Source: an uncultured bacterium
GTDB taxonomy: Bacteria > Oederibacteriota > JAJYGY01
Length of the DNA: 31,406 nucleotides
Direction of reading: 5' to 3'
NCBI GenBank assembly: GCA_964463435.1
Contig: CAYXCT010000002.1
Coordinates: 1-31,406, forward strand
The translations under genes were made by a program, and so were the position numbers. The notes under the pieces were generated by a model. The model did no database searches. It was given only the letters and a program-made list of their open reading frames with translations, and was not told the DNA's origin. How positions within the stretch are numbered: position 1 is the stretch's first letter; the number at the start of each line of letters is the position of its first letter. This document shows positions 29,902 to 31,406 of this stretch, in pieces.

Positions 29902-30975
29902 TTATGCGCGGCTGTACTGCGGGGCCATCACCGGCTGCTTGTGGCGCAGGGCCAGGGCCGCGCGGTGGGGCCAATGCGGGTTGCGCAGGCTCTCGCGGCC
30001 CAAGAGCACGATATCCGCCTGCTGGTTGCGGATGACCTGGTCGGCCTGGGCCGGCTCGGTGATCATGCCCACGCCCGCGGTGGCGATCTGGGCCTGGCGC
30101 CTTATGGCATCGCTGAAGGGCAGCTGGTAGCCCGGGCCCAGGGGGATCTCGGCCTTGGCCAGGCTGCCGCCGCTGGAGCAGTCGATGAGGTCAAAGCCCT
30201 CGGACTTGAGGTGCCGGGCCAGGGCCACGCTGCTCTCAAGGTCCCAGCCGCCCTCGGGCGCCCAGTCCGTGCAAGAGAGCCGCGCGGAAAGGGGCAGGTC
30301 CTGGGGCCAGGCCTTGCGCACGGCCTTGGCCACCATCAGGGGGAAGCGCAGGCGGTTGTTGAGGCCGCCGCCAAAGTCGTCCGTCCGCTTGTTCGAGAGC
30401 GGGCTCAAGAAGCTGTGCAGCAGGTAGCCGTGGGCCATGTGGATCTCGAGCCACTCAATGCCGGCCTCGGCCGCGCGGCGGGCCGCCTCGGCAAAGGCCT
30501 GGGCCAGGGTGTTCAGCTCGTCCTCGATCAGCTCCTCGGGCACGGGCCAGCCCTGGTCAAAGGCGATGGCCGATGCGCCCTTGGGGATCCAGCCGCCTTC
30601 TTTCTTGCCCAGCGGCGCGGGCTTGTCGGGCTGGGCCCAGGGGTTGCGGGTGCTGGCCTTGCGGCCGGCATGGGCTATCTGGATGCCGGGCACGGCGCCC
30701 TGGGCCTTGATGAAGCTGGCCACGCTGGCCAGAGCCGCCACCTGCTCGTCCTTCCACAGCCCCAGGTCGTCCGGCGAGATGCGGCCCTCGGGCTCCACGG
30801 CCGTGGCTTCCATGATCACCAGGCCGGCGCCGCCTTGGGCAAAGGCGCCGTAGTGGGCCAGGTGCCAGTCCGTGGCGAAGCCGTCCTGGGCGCTGTACTG
30901 GCACATGGGCGGCACGCCGATGCGGTTGCGCAGGGTGATCTTCTTGATGGTCAAAGGCGAGAACAGGTCGGTCAT
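29902..30975 (-). CDS. NADH:flavin oxidoreductase / NADPH dehydrogenase (Old Yellow Enzyme family).
   Basis: It reads MTDLFSPLTIKKITLRNRIGVPPMCQYSA…IQIAHAGRKAS…EIHMAHGYLLHSFLSPLSNKRTDDFGG, which are OYE/NamA signature regions. It is 357 aa. Confidence 0.88.
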   Translation of the reverse strand: MTDLFSPLTIKKITLRNRIGVPPMCQYSAQDGFATDWHLAHYGAFAQGGAGLVIMEATAVEPEGRISPDDLGLWKDEQVAALASVASFIKAQGAVPGIQIAHAGRKASTRNPWAQPDKPAPLGKKEGGWIPKGASAIAFDQGWPVPEELIEDELNTLAQAFAEAARRAAEAGIEWLEIHMAHGYLLHSFLSPLSNKRTDDFGGGLNNRLRFPLMVAKAVRKAWPQDLPLSARLSCTDWAPEGGWDLESSVALARHLKSEGFDLIDCSSGGSLAKAEIPLGPGYQLPFSDAIRRQAQIATAGVGMITEPAQADQVIRNQQADIVLLGRESLRNPHWPHRAALALRHKQPVMAPQYSRA

Positions 30976-31056
30976 GCACGCTCCTCAAAGGCCAAGCAGG
31001 GCTTGGGCAAGGTTAGGAACATAACAATAGACCTAATGCAAGGCTTTCACAAGGGC

Positions 31057-31406
31057 TCAAGCGCGGCTGATGCTGGCCATCACCGCGCTGGGGTAGCGCT
31101 CTCCCTGGGCCGCGCCCTGGGGAAAGGCGGCTTCCAGCTGGGCCAGGTCCGCGCTGCTCAGCTTTACGCTCAGGCTGGCCAGGTTCTGCTCAAGGTACTT
31201 GCGCTGCTTGGTGCCGGGTATGGGCACCACATCCGGACCTTGCGCCAGCACCCAGGCCAAGGCCAGCTGGCTGGGCAGCACGCCCTTGGCCTGGGCCATG
31301 GCCTCCACTTGGCGCACTAGGCCCAGGTTCTTGGCGAAGTTGTCGCCCTGAAAGCGGGGCGAGTGCCGGCGGTAGTCATCCGGCGCAAAATCCTCCGCGC
31401 TCTTGA
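31057..31406 (-). CDS. Aldo/keto reductase family oxidoreductase, C-terminal ~115 aa. The 5' end lies beyond the window.
   Basis: The minus-strand frame is open to the window edge. It translates to …[66 protein letters not shown]…, which is the AKR C-terminal consensus. Confidence 0.8.
   Translation of the reverse strand, partial: KSAEDFAPDDYRRHSPRFQGDNFAKNLGLVRQVEAMAQAKGVLPSQLALAWVLAQGPDVVPIPGTKQRKYLEQNLASLSVKLSSADLAQLEAAFPQGAAQGERYPSAVMASISRA

Overview
This is a 31.4-kb, high-GC (roughly 65%) bacterial chromosomal segment. It is densely coded on both strands and contains no rRNA, tRNA, CRISPR array, transposase or integrase. The features fall into five groups, followed by the main leads. 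(1) A glycogen/glycolysis corner at the left edge: a 5'-truncated pgm, an overlapping alpha-glucan phosphorylase gene, and a clearly decayed class I fructose-bisphosphate aldolase pseudogene that sits in a low-GC patch. (2) A tandem PRC-barrel protein and a signal-peptide protein with two LTXXQ (Spy/CpxP-like) repeats carrying poly-Tyr motifs. (3) A complete nine-gene N-type ATPase operon in the canonical order atpD-C-Q-R-B-E-F-A-G. It has AtpQ and AtpR, a b subunit with a delta-like C-terminus, and no separate delta gene. Its c subunit carries the full Q/E-S-T/Y Na+-binding signature plus a helix-1 Glu. (4) A convergent pirin gene, an SPFH/band-7 protein, a GH13 alpha-amylase-family enzyme and a TetR regulator. 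(5) A cell-envelope module: an ECF sigma factor with an overlapping anti-sigma factor whose periplasmic end is a FlgD-Ig-like domain, followed by a glycine-zipper/TPR protein. Next comes a roughly 2.7-kb low-GC island encoding a TPR plus beta-barrel-like protein and a Thr-rich repeat lipoprotein. Convergent to the island is a 886-aa secreted HExxH...NEG (gluzincin-like) protein whose C-terminus looks like an outer-membrane beta-barrel ending in Phe. To the right lie a cold-shock gene, a ykgJ-FKBP-thioredoxin-like-Mrp operon, an Old Yellow Enzyme gene and a truncated aldo/keto reductase gene. The most unusual leads are the OM-anchored metallopeptidase-like gene and a 150-bp, roughly 95%-identical copy of its 3' end sitting 9 kb away. 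That copy abuts a 3' fragment of a T9SS/FlgD-Ig-type sorting-domain gene, which marks a rearrangement scar. The low-GC islands and the sodium-type N-ATPase are also notable. No known defence, toxin or mobile system is evident. All functional calls are made by eye from motifs and should be confirmed by database searches.
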